A stretch of DNA of 64,000 bases, taken from Leucoraja ocellata. Its lineage: Eukaryota. This document shows positions 1 to 13,234 of this stretch, piece by piece (position 1 is the first letter of the stretch; each line of letters opens with the position of its first letter). A program made the position numbers and the translations under genes. The stretch is taken from contig JAWMAR010000520.1 of NCBI GenBank assembly GCA_036785375.1, forward strand, positions 186,001-250,000, written 5' to 3'. The notes under the pieces were generated by a model, which was given only the letters and a program-made list of their open reading frames with translations, was not told the DNA's origin and made no database searches.

Positions 1-107
1 AACAGTTTTTCCATTGTTGAGCTCTAGTTCCGTACTCCGTCCTATGAATCGTTTGAGATGCTGCATTTCAGTTGTGAATTTATGTGTAGTTCTCAATTGA
101 ATAGTTG
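1..107 (-). CDS. Candidate exon running off the left edge; ATG at 66 gives MQHLKRFIGRSTELELNNGKTV... (product unknown)
   Basis: Non-repeat sequence. Minus-strand acceptor tgtttttcag|caa at 108/107, and one frame is open to the window edge. Only 22 codons are visible and the polypyrimidine tract is short. Confidence 0.25.
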
Positions 108-122
108 CTGAAAAACATTTGT

Positions 123-640
123 CTGAGTCATACAGTGTGGAAACAGGCCCTTCGGCCCAACTTGCTCGCACTGTCCAACATGCTGACCAACATGCCCCAT
201 CCACATTTGTCCCATTGCCTGCTTTTGGCCCATACCCCTCTAAACCTGTCCTATCCATGTACTTGTCCAAATGTTTCTTAAACGTTACAATAGTTCCTGC
301 CTCAACTACCTCCTTCAGCAGCTCATTCCATACACCCACCACCCTATTAAATCTCTCTCCCCCCCCCCCCCCCCCACCTTAAACCTATGTCCTTTGGTCC
401 TTGATACCCCTACTCTGGGCAAGAGACTCTGTGCATCTACCTGAGCTATTCCTCTCAATGACTTTGTACACCTCTATAAGATCACCCCTCATCCTCCTGC
501 TCACCAAGAAATGGAATCCTAGCCTGCTCAACCTCACCCTATAGGCTAAGCCCTCGAGTCTGGGAAATGTCCTTGTATATCTTCTCAGCTCCCTTTCCAG
601 TGTGGCAACATCTTTCCTATAACATGGTGCCGAGGACCTG
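123..640 (-). mobile_element. CR1 LINE 3' fragment
   Basis: Reverse complement of the CR1 3' tail (gggccgaagggcctgtttccacactgtatgactc) and of degenerate ORF2 C-terminal sequence. Confidence 0.8.
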
Positions 641-849
641 TATTGAAAAAGGGTCCCGATCCAAAACGTTACCTGTCCATGTTCTCCAGAGATACTGCCA
701 GACCCATTGAGTTTCTTCAGGGCATTGTGTCTTTAATTTGTAGACCAGCATCTACAGTTCCTTACATCCACCTCTCTCTGTAAAGACTAGGCAGAGGCAG
801 TAATGTGGGACTTGGTAGTGCCTGAGCTATAGGTAGGGGTTGGGCAGCC

Positions 850-1250
850 TTGAACTTTTTTTGCTTGGAGCGCAGGAGGTTGACAGGTGATCTTATGCAC
901 CGCTACAAGATCATGGGGGAATGCACAGAAACCTTTACTCCCAGTGGGGGAATCAAGAACCAGAGGACGTATGTTTAACATGATAGGAGAAGATCTAACA
1001 GAAACCCAAGGGGCAACTTTGTCACACTGAGGGTGGTGGGAATATGGAATGAGCTGCCAGAGGAAGTTATTGAGGTGGATACTGTAACAACATTTAAAAG
1101 ACATTTGAACAAGTACATGGATAGTACAGATTTAGAAGGAAATGGGCCAAATGCGGACAGATGGGATTGGTTTAGATAAGGCACCTTGGTCGGAATAGAC
1201 AAATTCAGCTGAACTGCCTGTTTCCTTGTGGTATAGCTCTACGACTTTAT
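850..1250 (+). mobile_element. CR1 LINE 3' fragment
   Basis: ttggagcgcaggagg...agaaccagaggac...tggaatgagctgccagaggaag, ending in a CR1 tail. Confidence 0.8.
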
Positions 1251-1729
1251 GTTTCTGTGACATAGAATGGGGAGTCTTCACATGCAGATAAATCTAGGAG
1301 ACAAGTAGAAATAATAAGAGGGCTAAAATGAGAGGCGTGGATGGAAAATATGAGTTTGTTGTCAGGGGAAATAGAAGTTTGAGGGAGATAGAAAGAGGCT
1401 GTAGAACCAAAGTGGGAACAGAGGGGAAGTAGAGGCAGGAGAGCATATTGGAAAGGATATTGATGAGAGGAAGAGTGTAAGAGAAAATTATGGAGGAATA
1501 TAGTCCAGATATCAGGAGGGACTGAAATCTGAAATTTCCAGCATCTGGAGTTATTTGATTTTCAGCAATGCAACAGATTTTTCAGAAAAACAATCAGCAA
1601 GTGAGATAATATTGATGGAAAGATAAACAGTTAATGTTTCAGAGTTGGAAACCCTTCATTAGAACTGGAAAGGTAAGAAAAACAAGTTTGTTTTCAGTGG
1701 TGGAGAAGGTTGGGAAGGATAGGCCATTG

Positions 1730-2075
1730 AGCCACAGAGTGATACAGTGTGGAAACAGGCCCTTCGGCACTACTTGCCCACATGGGCCAACATGTTCAAG
1801 CTACACTAATCCCAGCTGCCTGCGCTTGGTCCATATCCCTCCAAACCTGTCCTATCTATGTACCTGTCGAACTGTTTCTTAAACATTGGGATAGTCCCAG
1901 CCTCAACTACCTCATCTGGCAGCTTGTTCCATACGCCCACTAGAACTTGTGAAACATTACCCCGTCAGATTCTTTCACCTTGAACCTATGTCCTCAGGTC
2001 CTCACTTCCCCTATTCTGGGAAAGTGACTTTTTGCATCTACCCGATCTATTCCTCTCATGATTTTATACATTTTA
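1730..2075 (-). mobile_element. CR1 LINE 3' fragment
   Basis: Same family and tail as 123-640. Confidence 0.75.
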
Positions 2076-2587
2076 GACATGATTTTATAGGTAGGACAAA
2101 GGGATTAACTCCATCATGGTGGGTCACAGTAAGTTCATGGGGGCATTTTCAAGCTCATTATTTAGCTTTTGTTGCCATGTGCACCGAGATACAGAGAAAA
2201 GCTTCTTCTACATGGTACCCAGTCATATTCTACTCTACACAAGTACAATAGATCCTCTTCTGAAACAGCATGCAGAGAGTCACCATGTTCTGGCACAATC
2301 TTGCATCTTGATTCAATGCTACTTTATTGCCACACACAGTATACCAAGTTACAATGAACTTCCAAGGAATAAGTACTCCGAAGTCTCTGAGAAAATAATG
2401 AGAACTGGGAACCGCAGATTCGGGCTTGGATCCCAGATATTCCAGACTGAGAGGAGGAGAAATTTGTTCACTCAGAATGTGGTAAACTTGTGGAGTTACC
2501 TAACACAGACGGTGGTGCAGATGAGGTTGCCGAATACATTTTTCAAAAGAGATAGATGGATTTCTAGATACAAAAGGTTTTGAGATA

Positions 2588-2885
2588 GTTTAGTTTAGTT
2601 TAGAGATACAGCATGGAAACAGGCCCTTTGGCCCACCGAGTCCACTCGACCAGCAGTCACCCGTACACTAGCTCTATCCTACTCACTTGGGACAATTTAC
2701 AGAAGCCAATTAACCTACAAACCTATCCGACTTTGGAATGTGGGAAGAAACCGTAGCACTCGCAGGAAACCTATGTGGTCATAGGGAGAACATACAAACT
2801 CCCTACAGACAGCACCCATAGTCAGGATCGAACCTGGGTATCTAGCGCTGTAAGGCATCAACACTAATGCTGTGCCTCTAGGCCG
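2588..2885 (-). mobile_element. HE1-like tRNA-derived V-SINE
   Basis: Reverse-complement B box (ggttcgatcc), V-domain-like core, CR1-derived tail and (tttag)n end. Confidence 0.8.
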
Positions 2886-3374
2886 CCGGATCATGCAGCA
2901 GGGATATGATACTGTATATTTAGATCGAGATCTACCATGATCCTGTGAGATGGAGAGTGGGGTTGAAGATTTATTTTCTTATTTTATCCTCTATGTTTCT
3001 AAGTTATAGTTGTGGCCTGGGAAGGATTGCTCATTGGAGTAAGCAGGATGGCATGATATTGAAAGACAATAGGCAGCTACGAATGGTGAGGAACAAACAG
3101 ATTTTCACATGTAAGTTTGAAACAAATTGAGTTTATTGGAATAGAGATATAAAGATATAATAAGCATGACAGATTTGCCTGCGAGTGCAAAGGGATTTTG
3201 AGTGTTCAGGAGGGTGGTAAACTTGAAGGTGCTGCAAGGAACTGAAGCAAGGATTGCAATTGCTGGGAATAAGTGTAAGAAACTACTTTATCAAGGACAG
3301 AAAAGGCAAAAGACTGGAAATATGGGTGAAGACAAAGCTAGGAATGGATCAGGATAATTTGTCAATGCCAACTC

Positions 3375-3812
3375 TTCCTTGGAGCACAGGAGGATGAGGG
3401 GTGGTCTTATAGAGGTGTACAAGACCATGAGAGGAATAGATCGGGTAAATGCACAGAAGAGTTAGGGAATTGAGAACCAGAGGACATAGATGCTGAGTGA
3501 TGCTCTACCTAGAGCTTTTCAGCGTACTACATCCAGATCCAGATCCAGATATAAGGTGAAGCGGGATCCTGAAAGGTAACTTTTTCTTCTACGCAAAGGT
3601 TGGTAGCTGTATGGAATAAACTGTTGGAGGAGGTAGTTGAGGCAGGTACTATCACAACATTTAAGAAGCATTTAGACAGGTATGTGGATAGAGCAGATTT
3701 AGAGGGTTATGGGCCAAACGAGGGCAGGTGGGACTAGTGTAGGTAGTGCATGTTCGTCGGCTTGGGCCGAAGGGCCTGTTTTCACACTGTATGACAACGA
3801 TTTTCTATGACT
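3375..3812 (+). mobile_element. CR1 LINE 3' fragment
   Basis: ttccttggagcacaggaggatgaggggtg...gggccgaagggcctgttttcacactgtatgac. Confidence 0.8.
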
Positions 3813-4944
3813 TTAAATGAAATAATAAGCCAGCAGGTGAATACAAGGGCATCACATGCAATGCATACAGATCGGGTAAAGTTTGACTTAGATTTATTTG
3901 ACATAACAACCCATATTGTGTTTATATAACGTATATAACGCCCACTCAAGCATCATTCAAAAACAAATGTCACCTCAGGACATACCAGAACAGAATCTAA
4001 ATTTTTGATAGGCACTTTGATGCGCAAGGAATGGTGAAATATGGATTATGTGCAGGCAAACAAGAGTTGGTCTTGTCATCATTATAATTATTGATTGGAG
4101 AACATTATATTAAATAAGACAATAGGGAAAAGATAGTGGAATCCTAATCCCACTGTCAAATAGGCTATGATTATTTAAACCAAAGAGTTTAAAAAGGATT
4201 CAGTAAAGACCTTACTCTCTAATTGTGGTCGTTAGTGATTTGATTAATGTGGCTTGACTTGACCTCCTGTGTATCTGACAGGATAAATTATTGGCTCGTG
4301 GGCCATTTAGTCCCATCTCACAATTAACCATCTCAGGTGCACATTTCTTTATCACTTATTATTGAGTCCCATGTGGAACTAATTAAGCAGAAATTGATTA
4401 TATGCTGTTAGTTAATCTGGAATCACCACCTTCATCAAATGTCTAATTGTGTAATCAGATCATTATTCATCGTCATTTAAAGATTTGCTGCAAGATTTAT
4501 TCGAAATCCATTTAAAAAAAATTGTTAACTGTTTAGAACCTGGAGTTTGGCCAAACCAAGCTTGCCAGGAATCAAAACCAAAAATGTCAGAAGATACTGA
4601 AAATTAAAAATAAAAGGAGAAAATGGAGCAAATATTTTGCAGGTCAAGCAGCAGATCATTAGGGTAATGTCACACATTATTTTTCTCCAGAGAAGCTGCC
4701 TGACTCGTTGAGTTACTCCAGCACTTTGTGTCTATCTTTGATATAAACCAGCATCTGCAGTTCCTTCCTAATCATAACGTTTATGGATTTATTGAATATA
4801 TGGGGCACTTTAATTGTCTGGGACATTTTTGACTGTAAATAACCTTGTAGATAAATACCCTCTAATCTAGGCAGCATTCTGATAAACCTCTTTTGCACCC
4901 TCTCCAAAGCATCCGCATCATTCTTGTATTGGTTGAATGATTAA

Positions 4945-5255
4945 TTCCACTGTGGGAGAGTCTAGCACCTGAGGCCATAGCCTCAGAATAAAAGGATGTA
5001 CCTTTAGAAAGATGAGGAGGATTTCTTTAGTCAGAGGGAGGTGAATTTGTGGAATTTATTGTGAAAGACAGCTGTCGAGGCCATGCTAATGGGTATTTTT
5101 AAGGTGAAGATGAACAAATTCTTGATTAGTACAGGTGTCAAGAGTTATGTGGAGAATGGGGTCAAGAGGGAAAGATAGATCAGCCATGATTGAATGGTGG
5201 AGTACATGATGGGCCAAATGGTCTAATTCTGCTCCTATAATTTGTGAATTTATGA
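4945..5255 (+). mobile_element. CR1 LINE 3' fragment (second subfamily)
   Basis: ggccatagcctcagaataaaagga...gatcagccatgattgaatggtggag tail. Confidence 0.75.
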
Positions 5256-6155
5256 ATTCAGACCATGATCTTTCAGATGCTTTTGCTTTGTTGTACAGGT
5301 CTCCATCTTGAGCAAGATCTGTGCTGCTACTGTGTTGAATTATATTTTTCTATAATCTTTAAAAGGCAAAAAAAAAAGTACAATGTGTAGGAAGGAACTG
5401 CAGATGCTGGTTTACACTGAAGATAAACACACAATGCTGGAGTAACATTGAAGAAGGGTCTTGACCTGAAACATCACCCATTCCTTCTCTCCAGAGATGC
5501 TGTGTTACTCCAGAAAAATATACAATATTGTTCTTCTGATTATGGAAGAGTGCAGCATGCCCTGATACAAGAGGAGGTTCTCTTGTTCCTGAAGCTTACA
5601 TTAGGCTCAATATATCAGTGCACAAGACACAGGTAGACGGGTCAATGTGATAGTGAGGTGGAAAATTACATTTGCAAACACTGGAAGCTTGAAATAGATT
5701 TGGAACAATTCAAGATTTTTTGCTTGTTTAGTTTGGACCTTTCATTTTGATGACAGGTTAATAGAACTGCTTCGGCAGGTTATGTTTACAAGAGAGAGAG
5801 AGCAATATAGTGTTAGGTTTTGCTGTTTGATCTTTGAAATATATAGAATTATGCAAATCAACAAACTAAACTGCTTTCAGAGAAAGACCATCTCCAATGA
5901 ATCAAAAAGAAAAAAAAACTTTAATGGCAGCTTTTGAAAATTCCTTCCAAACATATCTATTTCAAATTCTTATGTACCATTTTCAAATCTTGTCAAAAAT
6001 TCACGTCAGTCAGTCTCCTACAATTCATGAATAACAAGGGTTAAATCCTCACAACCCATCAAGAAATATCTTGCATTCTAAGCACTACCACCATTCTTTA
6101 ATCTTATGTATCAAAATATTTAGTATATAATAGCATGCAACTAGAAACTGGTGAC

Positions 6156-6380
6156 AAGGAATTGCAGATGCAGGAACCTTGAGCAAAACACAAAGTGCTG
6201 TAGTAACTCAATGGGTCAGGCAGCATCTGTGGAAGAAATGGACATGTGATGTTTTGGGTCAGGAATCTTCCTCAGACTTCAGGGTCTGAAGAAGGATCCT
6301 GACCCGAAACATCGCTTATCCATTCTTTTCACAAATGCTGCCCGACCTGTTGAGTTACTCCAACACTTTCTGTTTTGCTG
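6156..6380. repeat. Palindromic Penelope-derived short repeat with hammerhead-like core. Other copies at about 645, 4680, 5390, 8300, 9565, 9755, 14305, 19245, 25880, 28585, 30610, 31185, 35335, 40025, 40555, 53600.
   Basis: Inverted arms ggaactgcagatgctgg...gctggagtaactcagcgggtcaggcagcatct and their reverse complement, flanking ctgaagaagggtc..gacccgaaacgtc. Confidence 0.7.
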
Positions 6381-7049
6381 CAAATAGAAACTATATTTTT
6401 CCCATTCCCTAAGCATCCATGACTCTTAAGCTCCTTTATACTATCAACTATATTGCTACTTAAAATAGTAAAGAGTGGAAAATATATTTTAAAGTGTGCA
6501 TTTGTGCTCCATTTACTCCCACACAATACTTCTCCATGGTCCTGTGCACTAAAAATGAACTCCAAGCTTTTGAATTCCCTATGACTCAGTGTATTCTTTA
6601 AAAAGCAATTACAATCACTTCCTAATCTCACAAGCTGCAGGCTTGATATGATATGATCAACGTGCTCCTACCAATAATTGCTGACTCTAAGTCCCCAATG
6701 AAGTCAATCGGGGTTTATCTACAGGTATCTTGTTTTCCTATCCCTTGGTGAAAGAGGCATAGGTGTAGTGTTGGTACTTAGCTTCAACATAAAGTTGCAT
6801 TGGTGAACAATACTATTGATTTGGCCATAAGCAAAGATACAGACAGACGAGATTCAAAGCATGTTTTGAGAAAGAATGGACTGGGGTTTACCATCAGTGG
6901 TAAGTTATGGTTTATGTTACTTGACTCGGGAAACATTGCTATACCCCTCATGTGTTCCTTCCTGAGGAACCTATGGAAAACTCTGGGAATATTCTACATT
7001 TGAAAACAATTGGACTGTTGGCTAATACATGTGTATAGAGATGTCAAAG

Positions 7050-7430
7050 GATAGCATAGTGGTGCAGCTAGTAAAGCTGCTGCCTCACAGTGCCTGTAAT
7101 TTAGGTTTAATCCTGACCCAGGGAGAGAGATGGGGAATGGGAGGAAGATGGAGATGGGGGGGGGGATGGAGTTTGCACCTACTGCCTATAACCACATGGG
7201 GTTTCCCTGGTGTATCAAGTTACCTCACTCATCCCAAGGGCATAAGGGTTGGTAGGTTAATTGGCCACTATATACTCTCCTCCTGTGCAGATGGTTCGTA
7301 TAATCAATGAGGAACTGATGAGAATGCAGGAAAAATAGGATTAATGTAGAACTATTGTAAATGGATGTTTGATGGTTGGTACAGATTTATTAGGTCAAAG
7401 GGCCTGTCCTAGTGCTGTATCTCCCTATGA
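7050..7430 (+). mobile_element. Older V-SINE copy
   Basis: tRNA-like head (gtggtgcagctagtaaagctgctgcctcacag), V-domain-like core, CR1 tail. Confidence 0.7.
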
Positions 7431-7539
7431 GTTCAAAACTTGCACCAAATAGAAACATCTGAACATTTCTCAGATATCCAAAATCTTTGGAAAATAAATG
7501 TTAAGCAAGTAAAATAAATCGCAACATTTAATTTAAATG

Positions 7540-7830
7540 CTGGGGTGGCGCAGTGGTAGATTTGCTGCCTTGCAGCGCCAGGGACCCGAGTTCGATCCTG
7601 ATTTCGGATAACGTCTGTATGGAGTTTGTAAGTTCTCCCTGTGACCACATGGGTTTTCGTCGGGTGCTCCATTTTTCCTCACACATCCCAAAGACGTGCA
7701 AGTTTGTAGGTTAATTGGCTTCTGTAAATTGTCTATAGTGTGTAGGATAAAACTATGTATGGGTGATCATCGGTTGATGCAGACTCGATGGGCTGAAGGA
7801 CCTGTTTCTATGTTGTATCTTTAAACTAAA
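7540..7830 (+). mobile_element. HE1-like V-SINE, near full length
   Basis: A box tggcgcagtgg, B box gagttcgatcc, core and ctaaa tail. Confidence 0.85.
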
Positions 7831-8954
7831 TGGCACTAAACTACTAAACACTTACCAAATTGCTTAAGTATGAGATTTAAAAGAAAGGAGTGAGTCCTGC
7901 AGATATGGGAATTAGGAAAGAGGTTAAAACAAATTAGACTTCAGATGTATTAATCTTTGGATTACTAAAAGTGTCATGTTCAAGTTAGTACAGAAATAGA
8001 ATGATAAGGCAGATAAATGTGTGGCTGGAGGCATGATGTAGAATGGAAGGTTTTAGATTACGGAGGGAATGTTCTGACTCGTGAGGAATTGGCACCATTC
8101 CTGGGAATGGAATCTTTAAAAACCAGTCAGTGGCACTATAGTAGAAACAGCTAATCTCTGATGGAGGCATTTGCTCTTTCAATTGAGGAGGGTTCAAACA
8201 GTTTTGGCAGGGGTGTGGGGATTGACTGCATGAAAGATGCAGCATGGAAATGGGCCCTTCAGCCCATCAAGTCCACACTGACTATCGATTAGTCTCAGTC
8301 TGAAGATCAACTCCAAGTCTGAACAAGGGTCTCAACCTGAAACATCACCTATTCCTTTTCTCCAGAGATGCTGCCTGACCCACTGAGTTACTCCAGCATT
8401 TTGAATCTATCTTCTGTTCACCGATCACCTGTTTATCCCAGTTCCATGTTATCCCACTTTTGCGTCCACTCCCTTCACATTATAGAGGCTCAATAACCTA
8501 AAGACTCGCACGACTTTGGGATGTGGGAGGAAACTGAAGCTGTCTGAGGAAGCTCACATGGTCACATGGAGAACATGCAAACTCCACACGGCCAGCTCTG
8601 GCATGACTAGGATGCAGCTCTACCGGTATCTCCTCTGTGCCACCTCTGATGTAAATCTGAAGGTAGTATCAGATTGGAGAAAATCTGAAGCTAGAAATAG
8701 AGGTTGTTATGTGTCAGTGTTGGTATGTGTTAGTACGCATGATATGGTGAACAGAGTTAGTGAATTATATGCTTGGATGGTGGGAATGTGATGTAGTGGC
8801 AATAACAGAAACATGGCTCAAAAAGGCATTAAATATTACTAGATACAAAGGATAGGGAATGTCAGAAAGGAGGAGGGTTAGCAGTGCTGTTTAACGAGTC
8901 CATTAGAGAGCTGGAGAGAGATGGTATTACAGAGGGATCTAGCACAGAATCTTT

Positions 8955-9255
8955 AAACTTTAGATATACAGCGCTGAAACAGGCTGTTCAACCCACAGAG
9001 TCCGCACCGACCAGCGATCCCCGCACACTAACACTATCCTACACACTGGGGATAATTTGCAATTTTACCAAACCAATTAGCCTACAAACCTGTATGTCTT
9101 TGGAGTGTGGGAGGAAACCTGGGCTCCAAGATAAAACCAATGCCGGTCATGGGGCAAACGTACAAATTCCGTACAGACAGCACACATGGTCATGATCAAA
9201 CCCAGGTCTCTCGCACTGTATGGCAGCCACATAGCCACGGCACTGCCGTGCCACC
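8955..9255 (-). mobile_element. HE1-like V-SINE
   Basis: Reverse complement of head, core and tail as at 7540-7830. Confidence 0.8.
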
Positions 9256-11034
9256 CTTTGTTTGATTTGACTTAAAGAAACAGTAGAGAGAAGTGCCATG
9301 ACTATAAATGCAGCTCTAATAGAGGAACCACAATTATCGCAAGTTAACCAGGGATAGGAATAGTATAAAGGGCAGAGCAGGTGAAGGGTTTCCTCACACG
9401 TGTCGAGGAGGATACATTTCTAGAGCAGGATGTTTCGGGTGCAATGAGGAAAGATGCTTTTCTGAACCTTGTTTTGAGGAATGGCGAGTCAAGTGTGCTG
9501 AGCTTGTGTAGAAGAACATTTAAAAGACAAGGATCATAACATCATAAGATTTCAAATGTAGAAACGAGGAACTGCAGATACTGGTTTACAAGAACAAACA
9601 AAGTGCTGGAGTAACATTCTCCAGAGATGCTGCCTGACCCGAGTTCCTCCAGCATTTTGAGTCTTATTTTTTATAAACCATCATCTGCAGTTCCCTGTAT
9701 CTACATTCTAAATCTTTTGATGTTATGATCTTTACCTAAATCTTATGATTATAAAAACACAAAGTGCTGGAGTAACATTCTCCAGAGATGCTGCCTGACC
9801 CACTGAATTACTCTAGTAGTTTGTGTCTTTTCTTATATCATATATTCGTTTTTAGTTTAGTGCTATAATCATCGCATGTTCCAAGGTACGGTGAAAAGCT
9901 TTTTTGTAGTGTGCTATCCAGTCAGTGAAAAGATGTGTACGTGATTACAATCGGGTACATGAAGGGAATAAAGTTTAGTACAAGGTAAAGTCCAATTAAA
10001 GATAGTCCAAGGCTCTTCAATGAGATAGATCAGGATCACTCTCTAGTTGGTGATAGGATGGTTTAGTTGCCTGATAACCGCTGGGAAGAAACTGTGTTTA
10101 GATATAGCTTTAAGCTAAATCTTACGTTACAACAACAGAAAAGGATAAGGAGCAATCCACAGTCAAAATAGATAATTGGAGGAAGGCTAATTTTTAATGA
10201 GATCTGGCCCAAGTAAATTAGAATTAAAAAAGAGCAAATAAAACTATAACAGAACAATGGGCTGATTGTAAAAGAGGTGATCCATTGTTTTAGGTTTAGT
10301 CAAGGCACATTCCTGACAGTCAAGCAAGAACAAATACATCCAGAGCTTCCTGGTTGACAGAAGATAAATAAAATATGTCAGTGAAAGGAAGGTGGTGTAT
10401 GACTGGGGTTGAATTGTATATTTTAGTGAGAACAAAAGAATCAGAGGAAAAATGAAAATTAAAATGAGAGTGTAAGAGAAAAGATGAACTGACAACATGA
10501 ATGGGAATCACAAAGTATTCTGCAGAAATAAAAAAAAAAGTTAAAAATGTAGAAGATGTAACAGTGAGCCATTTAAAGATGAAAAGCTGAACATGCAGAT
10601 TTAGGCTAAAATGTTAATCTACATAAACTCTTGGGGTACAGAATAAATACCTTGTATCTGCCTCCGTGAGGGAAGAGGATGGCAACCAGTAAGAGTGATG
10701 GTGGAAAGAAATGGGATACTGAGCATGTATGGAATTGGACTTGATAACTCATCGGGACAGGGTAAGATGTACACCAAAACTTTGAAGGAAATACTGGAGG
10801 AAATTGGGGAGATGTGGAGGGAGTCTGATCTTTCAATGCTCTTTAGATACATGTTTGGTTCCAGAGACCTGGAGAGTGATGAATGTTATTCCCCTGTTGA
10901 AAGAAAACGTTGCCACTTAACAGGTTTATCAGCAATGTCAAAGCATATGGCTTTGGGACATTGATACTATGGATACCAAGTTGGTTAAGTAAGCCAAGTT
11001 AATTGTCATATCCACAAACTCTGTCAAGTCCAGA

Positions 11035-13095
11035 CAATTTTATTTCGATAGCACATTTAAAAGCAACTCTCGTTGACCAAAGTGCTTTAAATCAGTGCAG
11101 GTGCTAACGTGCTACATACAGTGGTACATAGATCTAACAATACATACATAAATACATACATACAGCGCTCCCTCAGAGGACCTCAAGAAACACTTGTGAG
11201 CAGAAATAAGCTTGAAGCCTAGACTTAAAAGAGTCGATGGAGGGGGCAGTTCTGATGAGAAAAGCGATGTTCCATAGTCTAGGTGCTGCAACCGGAAAAG
11301 CGCGGTCGCCCCTGAGCTTCTACCTGGACCGCAGGATGGTCATTAACCCCAAGTTGGCCGACCTGAGGGACCTAGAGGTAGAATGGTGGGTTAGCAAATT
11401 TTTGATTTAGGTGTGGGCAAGCCCGTTAAAGGGCTTTGTATACATAAAGGAGGAGATTGAAATTGATTCTGAACCGCACAGGGAGCCAGTGGAGAGGCCA
11501 GAATCAGGGTGATGTGGTCCATTTTCGGGTGCCCGTCAGAAGTCTCGCTGCGATGTTTTGGACCAATTGCAGGCAGGACAGGGATGATTGGCTGATGCCA
11601 GTGTAAAGGGAGTTGCAGTAATCAAGACGGGAGCAGATAAATGCGTGGATGATCTTTTCAAGGTCGTCAAATTGGAGGAATGGTTTGGTTTTAGTTATTG
11701 TGCGAAGCTGGAAGAAGCTAGCTTTTACCATTGACCTGTTTGTCAAACTTCAATGCAGAGTCAAATATCAGGCCAAGGTTTTTGGCGTGAAGTTGTCATG
11801 CTATCGCTTTGATGGAGTCCGAGGGGCCGACTAGGATGACCTCAGACTTGCTCTCGTTTAGTTGGAGGAAGTTCTGGGCCATCCAACACTTTATATCCTC
11901 GAGGCAGTGCATAAGGCTGAGTAGATTTGATCGGTTGTTGGGTTTCAGGAGGAGATAGAGTTGTGTATCGTCTGCATAGCAGTGGAAGGAAATGCCGTGC
12001 CTTTGAATGACTTTGCCTAATGGGAGCATATACAGAGAGAAGAGAAAGGGGCCTAGGATGGACCCTTGTTAAACCCTGCAGCAAAGGCTAGCTGGGGAGA
12101 AGAAAGAGTTGCCTATGTTTGTAAGGAAACTCCTATCTTTGAGGTAGGAGACGAACCAGCTCAGGGCAGTGCCATCAATACCAACCCCGTACCGGAGGCG
12201 GTCAATTAGGATGGTGTGGTCGACTGTATTGAATGCAGTGCTGAGGTCGAGAAGGAGCAAGATTTCACAGTCGCTGGAGTCAATGGTTAGAAGTAGGTCG
12301 TTATGTACCTTCAACAAGGCAGACTCTGTGCTGGGTGGGCCCTGAAACCTGATTGGAAACTTTCCAGGATGGTATGTTGGCGTAGGTAAGGCATTAGTTG
12401 AATTAGAATGATCTTTTCAAGGACTATTGAAAGGAAAGACAGTTTGGAAATAGGTCTATAGTTGCTAGGCAAGGTGGGGTCGAGGTTAGGTTTTTTCAGG
12501 AGGGGCTAGACCACCGTGTGCTCGAAGCAGGTTGGAACAGTGCCAGTGGCCAGAGAACTGTTGATGATAGAGAGGATGCTGGGACTGGCTATTACAATGA
12601 CATCCTTCAGAAGGGCAGTGGGGACAATGTCAAGGGGGCATGTAGCAGGTTTCATAGTGGAGACAAGCTTTACAAGGGAGGGTAGAATAACAGGTTGGAA
12701 ACGGTCTAATTTAGAAGAACAGACCAATGAGACAGCTAGGTCATGGATGGGAGGGGAAATATTCGTTCTGATGTTCTCAACTTTGCAGTTGAAAAATGTA
12801 GTAAATTCTTCACTTAGTAGGGGACCCAGCTAAGCAGGACATATGACTAAGGTTTTGGTACTAAATAGGACCTTGGAGTTTTGGGCGTTTTTGGTAATAA
12901 GGGCAGAAAGGTATTGTGTTCTTGCAGACTTTACTGCTTCCTGGTATTTGAGAAGATTGTTTCTCAGAAGTTCAAGGGAAATATGAAGCTTATCAGATTT
13001 ATGCTTCCGTTCTGATTTTCTGCACTCTCTTCTTAGGGCTCTGGTGTCATTGAGCCAGGGCCAGCCTTTAGGTTGGGTTTTTTCAATAATGAACA
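11035..13095 (-). mobile_element. L2-clade LINE, 5'-truncated and frameshifted
   Basis: RT motifs [36 protein letters not shown] and TCPLDIVPT. L2-type 3' end near 11040. Confidence 0.9.
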
Positions 13096-13234
13096 ATAAG
13101 TCTTAATGAAAATCTTGCTTACAGCTGCACCAGATGCATGGAGGTGAATGGCTGTTTATCAGACTGGAAAGAATGACCAGGCTTCAGTGTTGGGGCCATT
13201 GCTTAAAAAAAAATCTACTTAACAACCAAGTCTT

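Noticed and set aside
6570-6625. Cluster of AP-1 (TGACTCA), ETS (CACTTCCT) and kB half-site motifs as an enhancer
   Set aside because: Short motifs like these are expected by chance in 64 kb, and no conservation data are available.
7540-7615. tRNA gene
   Set aside because: The A/B boxes belong to a SINE head that continues into the SINE core and CR1 tail.
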